This document shows, in pieces, positions 13,257 to 26,733 of a stretch of DNA of 64,000 bases (position 1 is its first letter; every line of letters starts with the position of its first letter). The position numbers were made by a program, and so were the translations under genes. The stretch comes from Massalongia carnosa (Eukaryota), in NCBI GenBank assembly GCA_965645245.1, contig OZ287067.1, forward strand, positions 3,038,001 through 3,102,000, read 5' to 3'. Below the pieces are notes generated by a model. The model ran no database searches and was not told the origin of the DNA. It saw nothing but the letters and a program-made list of their open reading frames with translations.

Positions 13257-13623
13257 ACGTAATTGATCGTGCACTTAATTAGCCCAGCCAGGTCCTCGTT
13301 TCCTTTCCTCCGTTTCCCGATTAATGCAGGTACATAGATTTTCGGTTCGGCTCCTGAAGCCTCCGAGACCACGGATTCGGGTTATATTATACATACACCC
13401 CATTCCATTCACTCCAATATCCCCAGACGGATAATCACCAACTCCCCCTTTTTCCGGTAATCCCTACGTGACCCTATTATCCCATCCGCCAGGTCCCCAA
13501 ACCCTAGTTATAAAAATAGCCGCTAACCCTTGACCGTCCTTAAATCCCAATCGATATCCTTAACAAAAAACCCCAGAAAAACCCCTTCCAAGGTGCGCCC
13601 CCATCCTACGAGTCTTGACATTA

Positions 13624-16600
13624 TCACACCAAGAGCCCCTGGTTATGTCCTCCCCCACCCGGACGACTCCGCTTCATGAGCGGATACGTCATGGCTTTCG
13701 ACGGCTTTGAGTACCTGGCCTGGCTCTCCTCGTCAATGGTCGCTAGCCTCTGGCGCGCGTAGGCGGACTCGGAGCTCCTCCAAGACAGCACGCTGTTGAA
13801 TCCCGCTCCACCGCCACCGCCATCCCTGCTGCTCCCATTGACGTCCCCAGAGACTTTCTCACTGAGGACCCCATTATTGCCCAAATATCCATTCATAGCG
13901 GACTTCTCACCGGGTCCTTGCGCGGGGTTAGCCCCAGACGCAACGGCGGCTTTCTTCTGCCGCTCTTCCTTCTGGTGTTCGTGGCGCTTGAGCTTGTTCT
14001 TCCGGCGGCCGAGGAGGATGGCTTTGCGCTCTTTGGTCAGGCGGCCGAGGCGTTTGAGAGTCCACAGCGTGAGGCCGGTCCCGAGGCCAGTTTCCTGGAA
14101 TTGGCCGAACCATTTTCGCAAATAGCGGTTGAGGCGGTTTACGTTAAAGGCTATCAGAAGGAATGGCACTATGATAGCGCCAGAAACCCCGACTGGCGCG
14201 GCAAGTGTTAGGAGGCGTGTTTGGTATTGATGGATGATGGGAACTTACGAAGATATCGTGCGACATAGCTGAGTTCCAAGGCCAGAACTCCGGTTTGGGG
14301 ATCTTTAGGAAACTGAACGATGTTCAAGGCGAAGAAGGCGGTCATAAATGACAGTGGAAGCTGGTGCACTGATGAGTGTTCTGCACCCCTCCTTGGAGGC
14401 AGAGGAACTCACAAAGATAATCGTGACAATGGTGAAGACCATGATCGTATTGCTTTGCTTGGCGGTTTCTTGTGCTTGCTCGCGGGTCCATCGAGCCTCG
14501 CAGACATTGGCATGTTTCTGCTTCAGATCGAGCAGATGGTTTAGCTGCGTTGAGTTAGCATGAAATATCCTTGAAGCTAAAAAGAACAAAAGCGTACCGC
14601 TTCATAGGTTCTTGATGCATGATCGTCAATCTCCTTGATATCGCTCATGTGCCGCTTGATTCTTCTGATGATATCGCTGGACGGCTCTTTACCCTTGAAG
14701 CTCACCTTGACTCGGACCAGTTTGTGCATGGTCTCCAAAGCCTTTTGCTGGTCGACGAAAACCTTTGTTATGATATTCAGCTCATCACGGATATCTTTGA
14801 TCTCCCGTAGCAGCGCCGCCTCGTCGCCTATATTATAGAAGACATCGTAAGGCTTGCTTGTATTCAGATCGGTTGGGCCATCAATGCTGTCGTCCTCGAC
14901 TTCTTTCTCAATCGCATCGATGAAAATACCTTCTTCCTCCCGGCTCTTGTTGTCGATATCTTTGAAGAAATTAGCCAGACGGTCGAAACAGGCGGTTTCG
15001 CTGGCAGTCTAAACGTTGTTAGTAAGTCGCCTGTGATGATAGGTAATATACAACACTGACTACGTGGCCAATCGATTTATCGAAAAACTCCAAAAATTGA
15101 AGTCTCTCATCAAGCGGTTCAGGAGTATCTTCACGCTCGAAAAACACTTCGGAGCAAAAGCTTGCAATGAGGACCGCCAGATCATATGCAGACCTCAACG
15201 GATCTCGGCCTTCCCGAAGCTGGATATGTTTCTTGAGGCTCTCGACGACGTCTAAGTCGTCTTCGGAATGCTTCCGGTTCCATCGCTGTGGAAAGCTGGT
15301 GATGACCGTATCTGTTCGCAATGTCAAAAAGCTTTGCTGGCGGTCTGCAGGGTAGAAGCTCACCCCCATCGAGTATCCATAACCAAAGCTGGTCCACCAT
15401 GAGTATGTTATGCACGGAATCGGGATCGTCAGGCCACATCCTTTTAGCCCAGCGAAACACAACCTGGTCTCGGTCTCGTTGCTTGGTGTCCTTCATTGTG
15501 TGGTAATAATATTGATCGAGAGTTCGGCGGACATGCATAAACGGTTTCTCGTGCAGGTAGGCATGTATCAGCCTTTCGTCTGCAGATTTCAGTTCTTTTC
15601 CCTTCGGTGTTTTTCGACTCAGTCCACTTTGTCTTGCACTCTCTACAGCTTTAGCAATAGACTCCCTCCCCGCGTCTGTTTCATAGTGTAAAAATGGCAT
15701 CTTTTTTTTTTAGCAATCGTACACAAAGGCACTCCTCAAGAACACTCACAAACAACACCACGTCATTATCTTTTGATGCGGTCTCATCCTTGCCAGTATC
15801 ATCGCTCGGCAGCTTGGACTCTGACCGTCTACCCTTGGGCATTTTTGCATCCAACGTTCCGCTTTTGAAGGCGGTAGTCGATTCGCCTATTTCCTTTCAT
15901 CAGACACAACGTGAGAGATGGCAAGAGTAGAATGTTTTGGCCCATACCGATATTAACGCCGCGACAAGACGGCCGAAAGAACCGTGCGTGAACGGCAGAG
16001 TCTTTGGGGGCACGATACTGCTGCCCAGCATCAAAGAGCCTATTCACTCTTTTAAGCTTTGCTTCGAAATGGGAAGGTCGTAGTTTTCCGGGTTCAGCAA
16101 TGCGTTCGTGATATATTTTGGTCACCAGGTCCTATAAGTGATCCAAATGTCAACTTCTCGTCCCTACCAAAAAACGATGCGACATACTTTGACCCATATC
16201 AACTGCTTTCAGTTAGCTTATCCAGTTCGTCGCCGAGAACATAATGTACTCACATTGTTTGCAGGCAGATGAAGCCATCTGAAAGTTGGCGTCGTGGGGG
16301 TTGGGCCTTGGCAGAGAGGAGCCATGATAGCGTTGGGCCCTTCACCATACAGTAGATTATGAACGGTTGGGTTTGCGAATTGAGAACGCTCTTCGTGGAA
16401 GTTTTCTTCACTGGCATCTGGTGACCAAAGATCCAAAATAGTGGCACGAAAATCGTGAGTGGGATGAGTCTTGTCTTTGGCCTGCCAAAATTCCGGAATA
16501 AGCGGAGGAGGACTCAGGGGCCTGGGTACTAAAGAAGGCCCTCGTACGATGGGGGGCCGCTCCAGCAAACCTTTCACACTTTCATCGGCAAGGCTGAAAG

Positions 16601-18899
16601 GGGTGTTGCCCCCGAGATCATGGCTTCCAGTATTTGCGCCCCGACTGAGCAACAGCTGCACAACGGTTTTATGACCCTTCGCCGAGGCCAGAGCCAATGC
16701 AGTCTCGCCACTATCACTCCTTCGATCGATATCTGCTCGTCCCTTTTCCAGAAGAATCTGAACGATTGACACGTGATTATGGTATGCCGCAACATGCAAA
16801 GCGGTAAGGCCGCGATCGTTAGTTTGGTTGGACCTCACGCCTTGATCCAAGAGCTTTCTCACCAGCACCTCGTTGCCCTCCTGCGCAGCTCCAATAAGTA
16901 TTAGCGACCTCACTCCTTCGATCCCAGTCGTAGGCAAAGATTTTACGAGCCTTCGAGTCTGGGGGCTGGCTCTGGATGGCGTGCCGGGTTTAGCTGATGC
17001 ATTAGAAATAACTCTGGCCGTAGTGATGGGGTTTCTGGTCATGGAGTCAAGCAGCAGTTGGACAATAGACTCGTATCCACTTCCCGCTGCAAGATCCATG
17101 GCGGTACGCTGCTGCCCATGTGTTTGAGCATCAAGATCCGGGTTCAATTCCAATATAGCCTCCACAACCTCAAAGTTTCCAGCTTGCGCTGCCCAGTGTA
17201 GTGCTGTCCACCCACGCTCATCCTTGGCTCGCACGTCAAAGCTACCTTTTTGTCGCCAATTAAGAACGCTCAAATGACCAAAATGGGAATCGACCATGAG
17301 ATTTGTGATTCCGCCAGGCGGCAAAGTTGGTGGATGAGCGCTGTTCCAGTATACCTGAAACCATGTTCTGAACCGGTCGGACGGCGGATCACAAAGGGAG
17401 GCAACCAGCTCAACTAGCGAAAGTGGTTCATTGGCTGCCATGAAATGCTCGGCCCAATGCTTGGCAGCATACTCGAGGAGCACATGTCGGCTCGTGTAAT
17501 CCTTGATCCTCAGCTCGATGTTTGAGCGGCTAACGTCCTGGCCAACGACGAGGGAATTGGTGTTGAAATTCGGCTTTGATAAAAATGACACGCAGATTTC
17601 GGCAAGCACCTTGTTTGATTCTACTGGATCTAGAACGTATTTCCATTTCCTAAAGCTCACGATCTCGTCATGAGCTGGTTTTATCAAGAACTCCTTTGCC
17701 GTTTGATGGACGAAAACAACACGGGTGTCCACGATCCGCAGAAGGATACCACAGTGTCTCTTAATGGTTTCAACGGTGACAACTTCTTCGTATTTGTTAT
17801 TTGGCTCTGCGCTACATTGAACTGCCATCGCCACATCGATTTCCTCCAGCGTAAGTGGCTCAGCGGCTGCAGCGACTATGTGAAGCAATCTCTTCGTGAT
17901 CCTGTTATCAGGACAATGGCTTAGACTTATCTCGTAGACATCAGAGACGGTGTTTACAGTGTCCGATATGTTTAAACTTTGAAGAGGATTGTCGTTAGAA
18001 TCGACGGGAGAGTGCTCGAGCCAGTCAAGAACAAGCGAGATGGCAAGAAACGTGCCCTCCTGTGTGCTGAGGAGATCGTTGATCAGTTTGGCTTGCACTT
18101 TTTTGGAAAAGCCCCTGACAAGACTTATCCGTTGAACGCGTGCCTCGATGAACAAGCAGTGGTCTTTCTCAGAAGCCAAGACTATCGACTTCATTTTGAT
18201 CTTCTCGAGACGCTTCAGCGAAGCGGATGAAGGCTTCAGTTCGATTCGGGTGGTAGCGATGATTTTCAACAAGCTTCCTTTCGTTTCGTCGGCCTCCCGA
18301 TCGGAGTAAAACCGGGCCATGGAGTTTATAAACGGCACCCGAGCTGCCTCCTGGCATTCGCTTAGGCCGTCGATGATACAGAGAACGTTGCCACACAAAG
18401 GGTCTGCCATGACGGACGCCAAAGTTCTCCACAGAGAGGTAAACTGCTCCGTGAAGGCGCGGCCTCGGGTGCGAAACTCATTGAGAGCATGTTGGATGAG
18501 TTGAGATTGATGGTCTCTCTGTGTGAACAGTTGATGTAAGATGGCGCAAAGGGCGCTTGAAGGGCTTCTATGGTCTTTGTTGCTGGCGTTGAAGAAGAAG
18601 TAGCAGACAGTACCAGACAATTCCTTTTGCGACTCTTCACTTCGCAATTGGTCGATCAAATACGACGCCAGAACGCTTTTCCCGCTGCCTAGCGGGCCAG
18701 ATAGCCATAGGAAGCTAGATCGAGGTTCTTCTTTCCACGAGCGATACAACGGCTCTTGCAGAAACCATTGGCATGATCCAGGCGCGCGGGGCGGAATTCT
18801 TCTTCTCTCCGACACGTAATCCGATTTATGCAACGTTCGCAGCAGGCGCTGGGTTTCGTCCGATGGTTGGCCAGACTCGCTTGCGGCTGTTGCTGCCAT
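13624..18899 (-). CDS. NLR-like NACHT + ankyrin repeats + C-terminal CorA-like transmembrane domain, multi-exon
   Basis: WLSGPLGSGKS Walker A, CIIDGLSEC Walker B, FVHQTAKEFL; GWTALHWAA/GLTALHVAA/GETALALAS ankyrins; downstream exons MPFLHYET, RRTLDQYYY, MVDQLWLWI and FTIVTIIF-LPLSFMTAFFALNI. Confidence 0.82.
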
Positions 18900-19469
18900 G
18901 TTTGATGAACCCTTCGTCGCGTGGGAATCAGTTCATGTTGCTGTGATCCGGTACTTGGGTCGCGTAGGCTGTCGCGATCAATCTTATCGCACGCAGCGCA
19001 CGACGAGAAAGTAGGACGGATGAGTGCGCGCAAATCAATGGCAATTTACGAAAAGCCGGCTGGACGTTCATCGCGCAAAGGTTCACCACTATTTATGGCG
19101 GACGCTCAGGGTAGTATTCAGCCTCATTGAACGAGCGGGCGGCCATCAGGTTATTTGCAGACTGCATGGCTTGCATCGGTCTAGAATTGGAGTTGGCCGA
19201 ATCCATCAATGATGCTGCAAGCCATTGACAAAAGATGGCCATAATTTGATGGGTTGAGGGTCTAGGGTCGTCTAGGGTCGAGGGTGAGAGTTGTCGGGGG
19301 CCTGCATTGGGGGTGGGATTGATGAGCGATCGGCGATGCACTAACTCGATTGGAATCCAACTAATCCCCAGCCCCGGAAAGCCGGCTTCATCGGCACATC
19401 GACAAGCTAACCAATTGGAGCTTCCAAGATCGAAATTTCTCCGTATGAGTCAGAACTTCAGACGTGCCA

Positions 19470-19982
19470 GGCTAAACCCCTTCGGGTTAGCCTTACAGAA
19501 AGTTCAGCCTCTTCGGATTAACAAGCTGATTACGCAGCAACAATCGGTTATGACGACAACTTCGACCTCAAAAAACAACGTCACAGTTTCATTTATTCCA
19601 TGTTCGTAACGTCGTCAGTCGTTCGCTCGATATGATTATGATCAACACATTATTGAATTTTTCATCAATATTCGCTTCTGTTTATAACATGCAAAGCAGT
19701 TTTACATAGAGTACGTGATGTTATTTTCATTGAAACAGTTCTCGATTTTAATGCGAAATGCAATCAGTTTGATTCTTGCAACGAACAGGAATTGAGGAAT
19801 TTCTTTTCAAATTGTATTTGATTTCTTTCGAAGAAATAACCCGTCTCGATAAAAAAAGATCAAACGTCAAAACGTCGAAAATCGCAAATATTACAACGAT
19901 TAATTTAATATCTAATCATAATTTTGAGGTTTGCGCTGAGACGTGTTAGTCAGCTGCGACGCTAATCCGGAGGGGCTTAGCC
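19470..19982. mobile_element. Degenerate non-autonomous TIR element (MITE-like)
   Basis: 22-bp inverted repeats GGCTAAACCCCTTCGGGTTAGC / GCTAATCCGGAGGGGCTTAGCC (3 transitions) around an AT-rich non-coding interior; no clear TSD. Confidence 0.5.
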
Positions 19983-20301
19983 GGCTCATAGAGCCACACA
20001 CATCTGGGGCAATTCAAATCTGATCTTATAACACATTCTTTCCTCCCATTTAAAAAAAGTCGATGTTGAACAGGATTTTCTAGTCGAAAGGGTCTTATTT
20101 TTCAGATCATACGGTATCGGTTTGATGTCCAACCATATGTACAGCGTACCCCGAAACAAACCCGGAAGTCATCAACACCGACGCCGGGATATAGCTTGTG
20201 CCATATATTTTATAGGGTGTCATTAGTTACCAACATCCCAGAACAACTTCCTACACGAGTTTCAAAGCCAAGAAGGAACAGATAACTGCCAATGGATGAA
20301 A

Positions 20302-23300
20302 TCACTCGCCACTGATATAACTTTTCCTAGCTTGCAAGTTTGGACGAGCGGCCACTTCGCCCATGTATTTTCCAGGCCCACCTTTCAGGTGCATCAATTG
20401 GCTTGCTTGGCCCGGACGCGTGTTCTCGGAAGTATCGCCTGGATCATATTCTGCCTGTCGGCCAGCCGATGGAGCGGTACCAAGGGTTGCCGCTGCAGCA
20501 GGCGTGGGTGATCCTGCCGGCCACGTGCCTGAAGCCGGGGCTCTATGTAAGGCATGGCCAACGGGCCCGGCGTTACTGACGCTGGAGCTGCACCGCTGCA
20601 GTTGCTTCGATGCGTCTTCGTCTTCTTTCATGTGAAGACTTTCGCTAGGAAGAAGAATAGCCCGGTCGAGCTCGTAAGGTAGTCCGCGGTGCCGGCCCCG
20701 AATCTGCATGGCAATCATAACCAGTTTGGAGACGACAGAGAACTCAGCGGAGAACGAAGCATTGATGTTGGGAAACCCAAGAGAAAGGCCCACAGTCCCG
20801 TAGGCAGAGACAATCTCGAACAAACAGGAAAACAAGGTAAAGGCATAATTGCCTTCCTTGGTGTTTTGCAGCCGGCGTCCTTCCGCCACGGCAACGATAA
20901 ACAGCCCCATGAATATATACCATAAATCGAAGCTGAGCTGTCGACGTAAATGAGCGCCGATGTAGCTTGGCTCCTTTTCAATTTCTTCATCTAGGATCGG
21001 CGAGCCATAAATCCCCAGACTTTTTTCTTCATATACGTTGGTGCGACGAACTGAGATAGCAATGGGAAAGACCGAGATATACATCATGACAAGGTACGAG
21101 ACTTGAATGCCAGGATGAAGGTTGGCAAGATTGACTGTGGCGAAACCCGCGGTTCGAGTCGATGCTGCTTGAAACATGCCATTTAGTACTCTGTAGCCTC
21201 CAGGATTAATAGCGGTCACAGGTGAATCATTGAGCTTCAACATTAGATTAGCAGACGTAAAGAAATGTAGGGGAAGGTTTTTTTTTTGGGTGAAACCTAC
21301 GTCGAGGATGATGTAAAAGACAAGGTCCACGCCGTTAAGGATGACAAGGACCCAGAATAACCCCCAAGTGGCCTTGTTGGGAAACAGTAATGTGAAGCAA
21401 CGTCGAGGGTGATCGAGTAAAAACCTAAGTTCTTCCCAGACACCACTATTTGTTGGGACTAGCACAGAAGTGATCCATATTATGAGCCGCAGCATGCATG
21501 GGAACCCCGTATTGCCAATGATGATGAGAAAACTCCCAAGCAGAAGCGGCACCACAGCCTCTTGAAAGGACATCATTGAGTCCGGAGTTAATGTGTAGCC
21601 TAGATTGTTGAACATTGAAGCAGGCGTAAAGATACCCCTGAAACTATGAATGAGCAATGGTCCACAAGGTACGGAATCCGCTCTACCCACCACCACACCC
21701 TGGATTGATCGACTTCATCGGCCACAGACCCCCAAGCATCAGTTCGGACAATCCAAGGGAGAAGTGTAATCACCCCAAGCAAATGAAACAGAACGTAATA
21801 AGCTAGTGGGCAAGTTAACAGCTAGAAACCATGGCAGACGAGTCGTGCAGACTTACACACGAGAACTATGGCAAGAGTCTTCAGCGAACGGTATTCAATG
21901 CCGCCGAGCTCCTCCCGTTGCTCTTGCGTAAGGTCCACAAAAGCGGAATTCCTCCCTATAGTAGGTTGCCAGCTAAGGTAAGGCATGGGCTCCTTCTCCT
22001 TTGTCCCCCAATCATTTAGGCTTCCAAACGTTGTAGAGTGGGCTCTGAGTCGACCTGTGGGCGAACCGCCCTCATCCATCGCTTCTGTGGCCGCTATGGC
22101 TTTGGTTTGGTTCGAGTTGGTAGCTCTTCTATGTATTAGGTTCGATAGTGTACCCGAGTCGGCTCTGAGTTGAGTATGATCAGGTGTTTCAATCGTTATG
22201 TTTCGCTTGACAGGAACGCCTCCAGAGAATCCCATAAGTTCCACAGGACTCGTAATTTGACGGCTCAAAGGCCCATCATCCTCGTCTCCAATTAGAGGCA
22301 TCGGTACATCTCCGCGGTCGAATTCTCGAGGGCCCGGTATTCGGAGGGTTCCCTTGTCCTTTGGATTTCGTTGATTTTCTAAGAATGCAATGTGCTGTTC
22401 GGGACCTAAACGCTGAGGCAAACGTTGAGGCGAACCATGGAAAAGTGACCGGAAAGGTTCTTCGCTCTCGGCATCATCTGCAGAAGTGACTTCTTGACGG
22501 AGCGATAGAGCTTGCTGCGAGGGTAAGTCCCTAGGTTGATCTCCCAAACCTCCTACGAGTTCGTCTTGACTGATGGACGAACGGGTTAGAGAGTCACTAT
22601 CTGGCCCGCTTGATTTCTCTACATTAGTGCTATGCTTGCTATCCAAATGATCGGTATTTCCATTGTGTAAGACCATGATGTTGCGGCCAGCAACCCCTCT
22701 TTCGACCCTTCCTAGGTTAGGATTGTCCTTTGGTTCGGTCTGGGCACGAGATCGACTTGAGCGCATACTACGTGCCTCTCTTGCAACATGTTGGAACCGC
22801 TTCTCAAACCAATATAACCGAACGAAGACAACAGACGTGTTAATGAAGACAGGGGTTGCAATCATGGCGAGAAAGTAGAATATCACCTAAAAGCTTCATC
22901 AGCTGCTACTTCAAAATAATATAAAATAAAAGAGGGTACCAAGACACTCGTACCTGCTGGTATGTCGTGACTCTGTTGACGTCTATTCTTCGATAGATGT
23001 TAGCCTACTGTCGCAGTTAGGGAGTCCAGCAGCTCACGTGTTCAATCCACTTTGCGTCGCGCATCCACAGGCAAAGAAAAGCGCGTCAATGTACTTCAGG
23101 TTACCAGCAGGGTATAAGAGCACTGAGCCGATGATGGTTAAGGAGATGACATAGATGTCTATTATTATCAGTGGCCACGTCTGCAACGAACGCTAATTCT
23201 TGAGGGATTGGGACATACAATGGATGGTGATAAAGTTGAGATGGGGCTTTTTGACCGAAATTAGCATGTTGTGCGCCTTGAGCCATTCCCATGATTCCAG

Positions 23301-23315
23301 GAAGGGGCCGAACAT
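20302..23315 (-). CDS. trk1: Trk-family potassium transporter, multi-exon
   Basis: LFFACGCATQSGLN, GGIEYRSLK, SMFNNLGYTL, ASTRTAGF and FEIVSAYGTVGLSLG pore motifs; ATG 23315 (MFGPFLES...NFITIH). Confidence 0.93.
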
Positions 23316-24276
23316 GACGACTGAGGAGGTTTTCGCCGGTCTCGATGGAATCACTAAGATGAAATACGAAATATAGAATATGGAATATGAAAATTGGAAA
23401 TGGAAACAGAAAATGGAACACGCAAGGATAGGAGCTGGAAAACTTCAGAGCAATGCTCAAGGGAAGGCGGGCTATTGCTTGAGTTTTGTTTCATTGGCAT
23501 CCCTCATCCACCGAGTCGAGATGACGCTTCTAAACGGATACATGAATGCTCACTGAAATAATGTGCAGTTGTCGGTAAGCATTAGAAGTGCAATCGATGG
23601 GAAGTAGAGGGTAACTATGGCGCATGTACAGAGGATCTGGGGCCCATTGCAGGCTTATTGCAGCGGGAGAAGGTGATGGATGCAGGATGCAGGGACGTTT
23701 CGGCAACTCACGGTAGGGCTGACTCAGCCAAGCACACGACATTTTCAAAGCAACCTCGCCACTTTTCTTCTCCCTCTTTTATCGAAATACGAACCGACAG
23801 ATGAAGTGTCCAATCGCCATCACAGTCTCGAAATTTCCTATCTCCCAACTATTTACGTATCGCTCTCCCCTCTCTATCCACTTATCCTTATCTACAGCCA
23901 GCTCACAGGTCGCTCAAGAACCAAACACCATCGACGTCACCATTCTGGCAGGCCTTTGAACAATCCCACTTGACGCAGATCCTGTGCCGTCTGTAATGTG
24001 CTCATGGGCGCGCATCGCGGAAGGTCAAAAAGCAACCATACGCCAAAAAGCCGATCAAACTGCCTATACGCACATCGAGGTTGGTACATACGGAGCAAAG
24101 TAACACACGTACGCAACCGTGAGAAGAGCTAAACGGCTTCATTGCGTCGGGCAGAATGCATTCTTCAGGCGGCACGTGCATTGTGGGATGAATTTCTATG
24201 GCGGGAAGAATTCCACTACTGGCGAAACTATGAGGGGAAAAAAAGCAAGACTTCGGTAGAGGCAAACGGGAATATG

Positions 24277-24381
24277 GAGATGGTGAGTAGTGGGTGGTGA
24301 GTGATGAGTGGTGAGTGATGAGTGGTGAGAGATGAGAGGTGAGAGGTGAGAGGTTGAGAGATGAGAGATGAGAGATGAGAG
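24277..24381. repeat. Low-complexity GAGAT/GAGTG repeat tract
   Basis: Read directly from the sequence. Confidence 0.7.
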
Positions 24382-24591
24382 ATTAATTGTCAAGATGGGC
24401 ACTCGGTACGCTGGAGAGCGGTAGAGAGTACAAGGTACCTTATCCCTCATGATAATGGTGTAGTGTCTCCTGTCTGAAAGTAGCATAGCACGATAGGGCT
24501 CGGTGCGGACGCAGCCGGAAGAATATCACGTGCAAGATCCCCTTTCCCAACGGACTCGTTAGGGTAGGACGGAAGGCGGGACGCTGTGATA

Positions 24592-24649
24592 CGCTGCGAT
24601 GACCGCTACGATGACCGCTACGATGACCGCTACGATGACCGCTGCGATG
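24592..24649. repeat. 12-bp tandem repeat (CGATGACCGCTA) about 4.5 copies
   Basis: Read directly from the sequence. Confidence 0.85.
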
Positions 24650-25326
24650 AGGAGATGTTTCAAAAAAACAGGTAGGTGAAGCGGTAAACACTGAAGATGT
24701 ACGGTAGGTCTCACGGGTCTCTAGGTAGTTTGATTGTAGCACAATAACCTCCCTTCGTGTAATCTTAACTCTCAAAGAATAGACAAGGAGTCGTGTCACG
24801 GGGGATCCTGGGACGGGGGTTCCCCTGTAACGGTCATTCAAAGCCTTCAAAGGCTCCAAAGCCCTCAAAGCCTTCAAAGAACGATGCGTCAGGTTGTATG
24901 CCCTAACAAGTAGCCTCAGTCGGGAAGACCCACGCTTCCGAGGGATCCATCGACCTAGACACTGTCAGGTCCTAATTCTATGGCTACTCGTCCTTAGAGG
25001 GACTCCATGAGACACGCAGACTACATAAAGGACACACTCCTGAGGGAAGTGCTCGTTTCCCACATACCTAGGTAACACTGTAGGAGTTAGATATGGAAAT
25101 GCTTGTAAATGTCAAGGCTGCTTGTGCCAGAACCGCTCGACTTCTTCTTCTTCACTGTGCATCCGAGCCGCTGGACGTACATACCTCTTTCTTTACCAGG
25201 CGGCCATCGGTTGCAAGTACATGACGAGTGTGTCTGGGAATCTATGCGAGGAACACTTGCCTAGATCCCTGTCTCGAGCCGTGCACGTCGGTTGGAGGCA
25301 GCGATAGAACCAGGTGGTGTGGAATC

Positions 25327-26625
25327 ATGTGTGAAATCATCATCTTGGAGACCAGATGCCCTAAGAAATCCACCGAGCCATCTCCTCCAGCGTCTTCTCC
25401 GCCGCAAAAAACCATGGCAAAAGGGTCAGGGAAGATGCAGGAGGTGAAAAAGACAATGCAAAAATCTCTAGAAACTCCACGAGCAAAGCCGAAGGAGGAA
25501 CCCCCGAGGAAATCAATCGGAACACAGAAGGACAAACCGAAGGGGAAAGACAAAGTTCCGACTGGTGTAATATGGCCGTTCGTTGTCGATGGAAATGGAC
25601 ATGCGCATAAAGCCAAAGATGGTAAAGCAGCACAAGCTAGCGCGCCGCTTGCCAAACACAACAACTCCCGTGCACATAACAAAAAACAGTCCAAGACTCA
25701 GCCAAGTAATCAAGACGCCGAAGTAGAAACAACCCGACGGGTCAAAGTCAAGTCAACCCCAAGGAAGGTTTCACTCCCCTCAAACCTTCGGGCACAGAAA
25801 CGGGTTCGTTTTGATTTGCCGCCAGAAAAACACGTGAGTTTTGACCTTCCGCCAGAAAAGATGCCTGTAAGATTTGCAGTTCAGCCGGAGCTGCTTGCAA
25901 TGGATGAGGCAAGGAGTGTGAGCAGCCTCTCGGTGAGCTCGACCGAGTCGGCCATCGATCCACCATACCGAGGCTCGTTGGGAAATCTTTATTCTAGTCA
26001 TAAAAAATCAAGAACAGCAAACAACCCATCTCGCGTCAGCACCTCCAGAGCACGCGAGTCCGTGTACGAGGCCCCAGAAATCAACAAATACGAAAATTCT
26101 GGATTTAAATGGGGCTTGGATAGCGATTTGGAGAGTGAGATTGATTTTGGCTATCATAAGTTCCGAGCACCGAGGACAACTTTTGCTCAAGTTGGAACAG
26201 AACGAGCACCGGGCTGGAAGAGCGAGCTTAATAGGAATGCTGGACCTTCACATCCTCAGCCAATGGGTCTGAAGTCGGCCCTCAAAGCTCCGCCGCCACG
26301 GTCCCCATCCCGGAGACTTGATGAGCCAGTACTTACGTATCAATCAGGAGTGAGAGTGATGTCTTTCGGCGACGATGGGCCAACTTTCATATTTCGCGAA
26401 AAACACAAAAAGGCGGATAAGCTGGGAAATTATGGTTTCTCGGCCGCTGGCATTGCCTCTAAGATGGATTCTTGGACCAATAAAGTTCGATCGCGAAGTC
26501 CCAAGAAGCGGAACGAAAAGCGCAAAGCAAACCCTCTTCCTTACCAATCACCCACGATGACGGACGAGAGCGATGAACCAGCGCAATACGATCCTTCGCT
26601 TGGAATATACTGGCGTAATGTTTAG
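25327..26625 (+). CDS. Hypothetical basic, low-complexity protein
   Basis: Long ORF (>430 aa from MCEIIILETRC); short internal duplication (RVRFDLPPEK/HVSFDLPPEK); no known domain. Confidence 0.6.
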   Translation: MCEIIILETRCPKKSTEPSPPASSPPQKTMAKGSGKMQEVKKTMQKSLETPRAKPKEEPPRKSIGTQKDKPKGKDKVPTGVIWPFVVDGNGHAHKAKDGKAAQASAPLAKHNNSRAHNKKQSKTQPSNQDAEVETTRRVKVKSTPRKVSLPSNLRAQKRVRFDLPPEKHVSFDLPPEKMPVRFAVQPELLAMDEARSVSSLSVSSTESAIDPPYRGSLGNLYSSHKKSRTANNPSRVSTSRARESVYEAPEINKYENSGFKWGLDSDLESEIDFGYHKFRAPRTTFAQVGTERAPGWKSELNRNAGPSHPQPMGLKSALKAPPPRSPSRRLDEPVLTYQSGVRVMSFGDDGPTFIFREKHKKADKLGNYGFSAAGIASKMDSWTNKVRSRSPKKRNEKRKANPLPYQSPTMTDESDEPAQYDPSLGIYWRNV

Positions 26626-26733
26626 AGTTACGGAAGATTACTTAACTAAAGCAGCCGGCATCGTGGTTTTTCCGAATCGCTTGTTGGTCCACACGCACCA
26701 AACTTAGCAATCCAAGGCACAGCTGCAGCACAG

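Noticed and set aside
24277..24381. Telomere-like repeat
   Set aside because: No TTAGGG units; a simple purine-rich low-complexity tract
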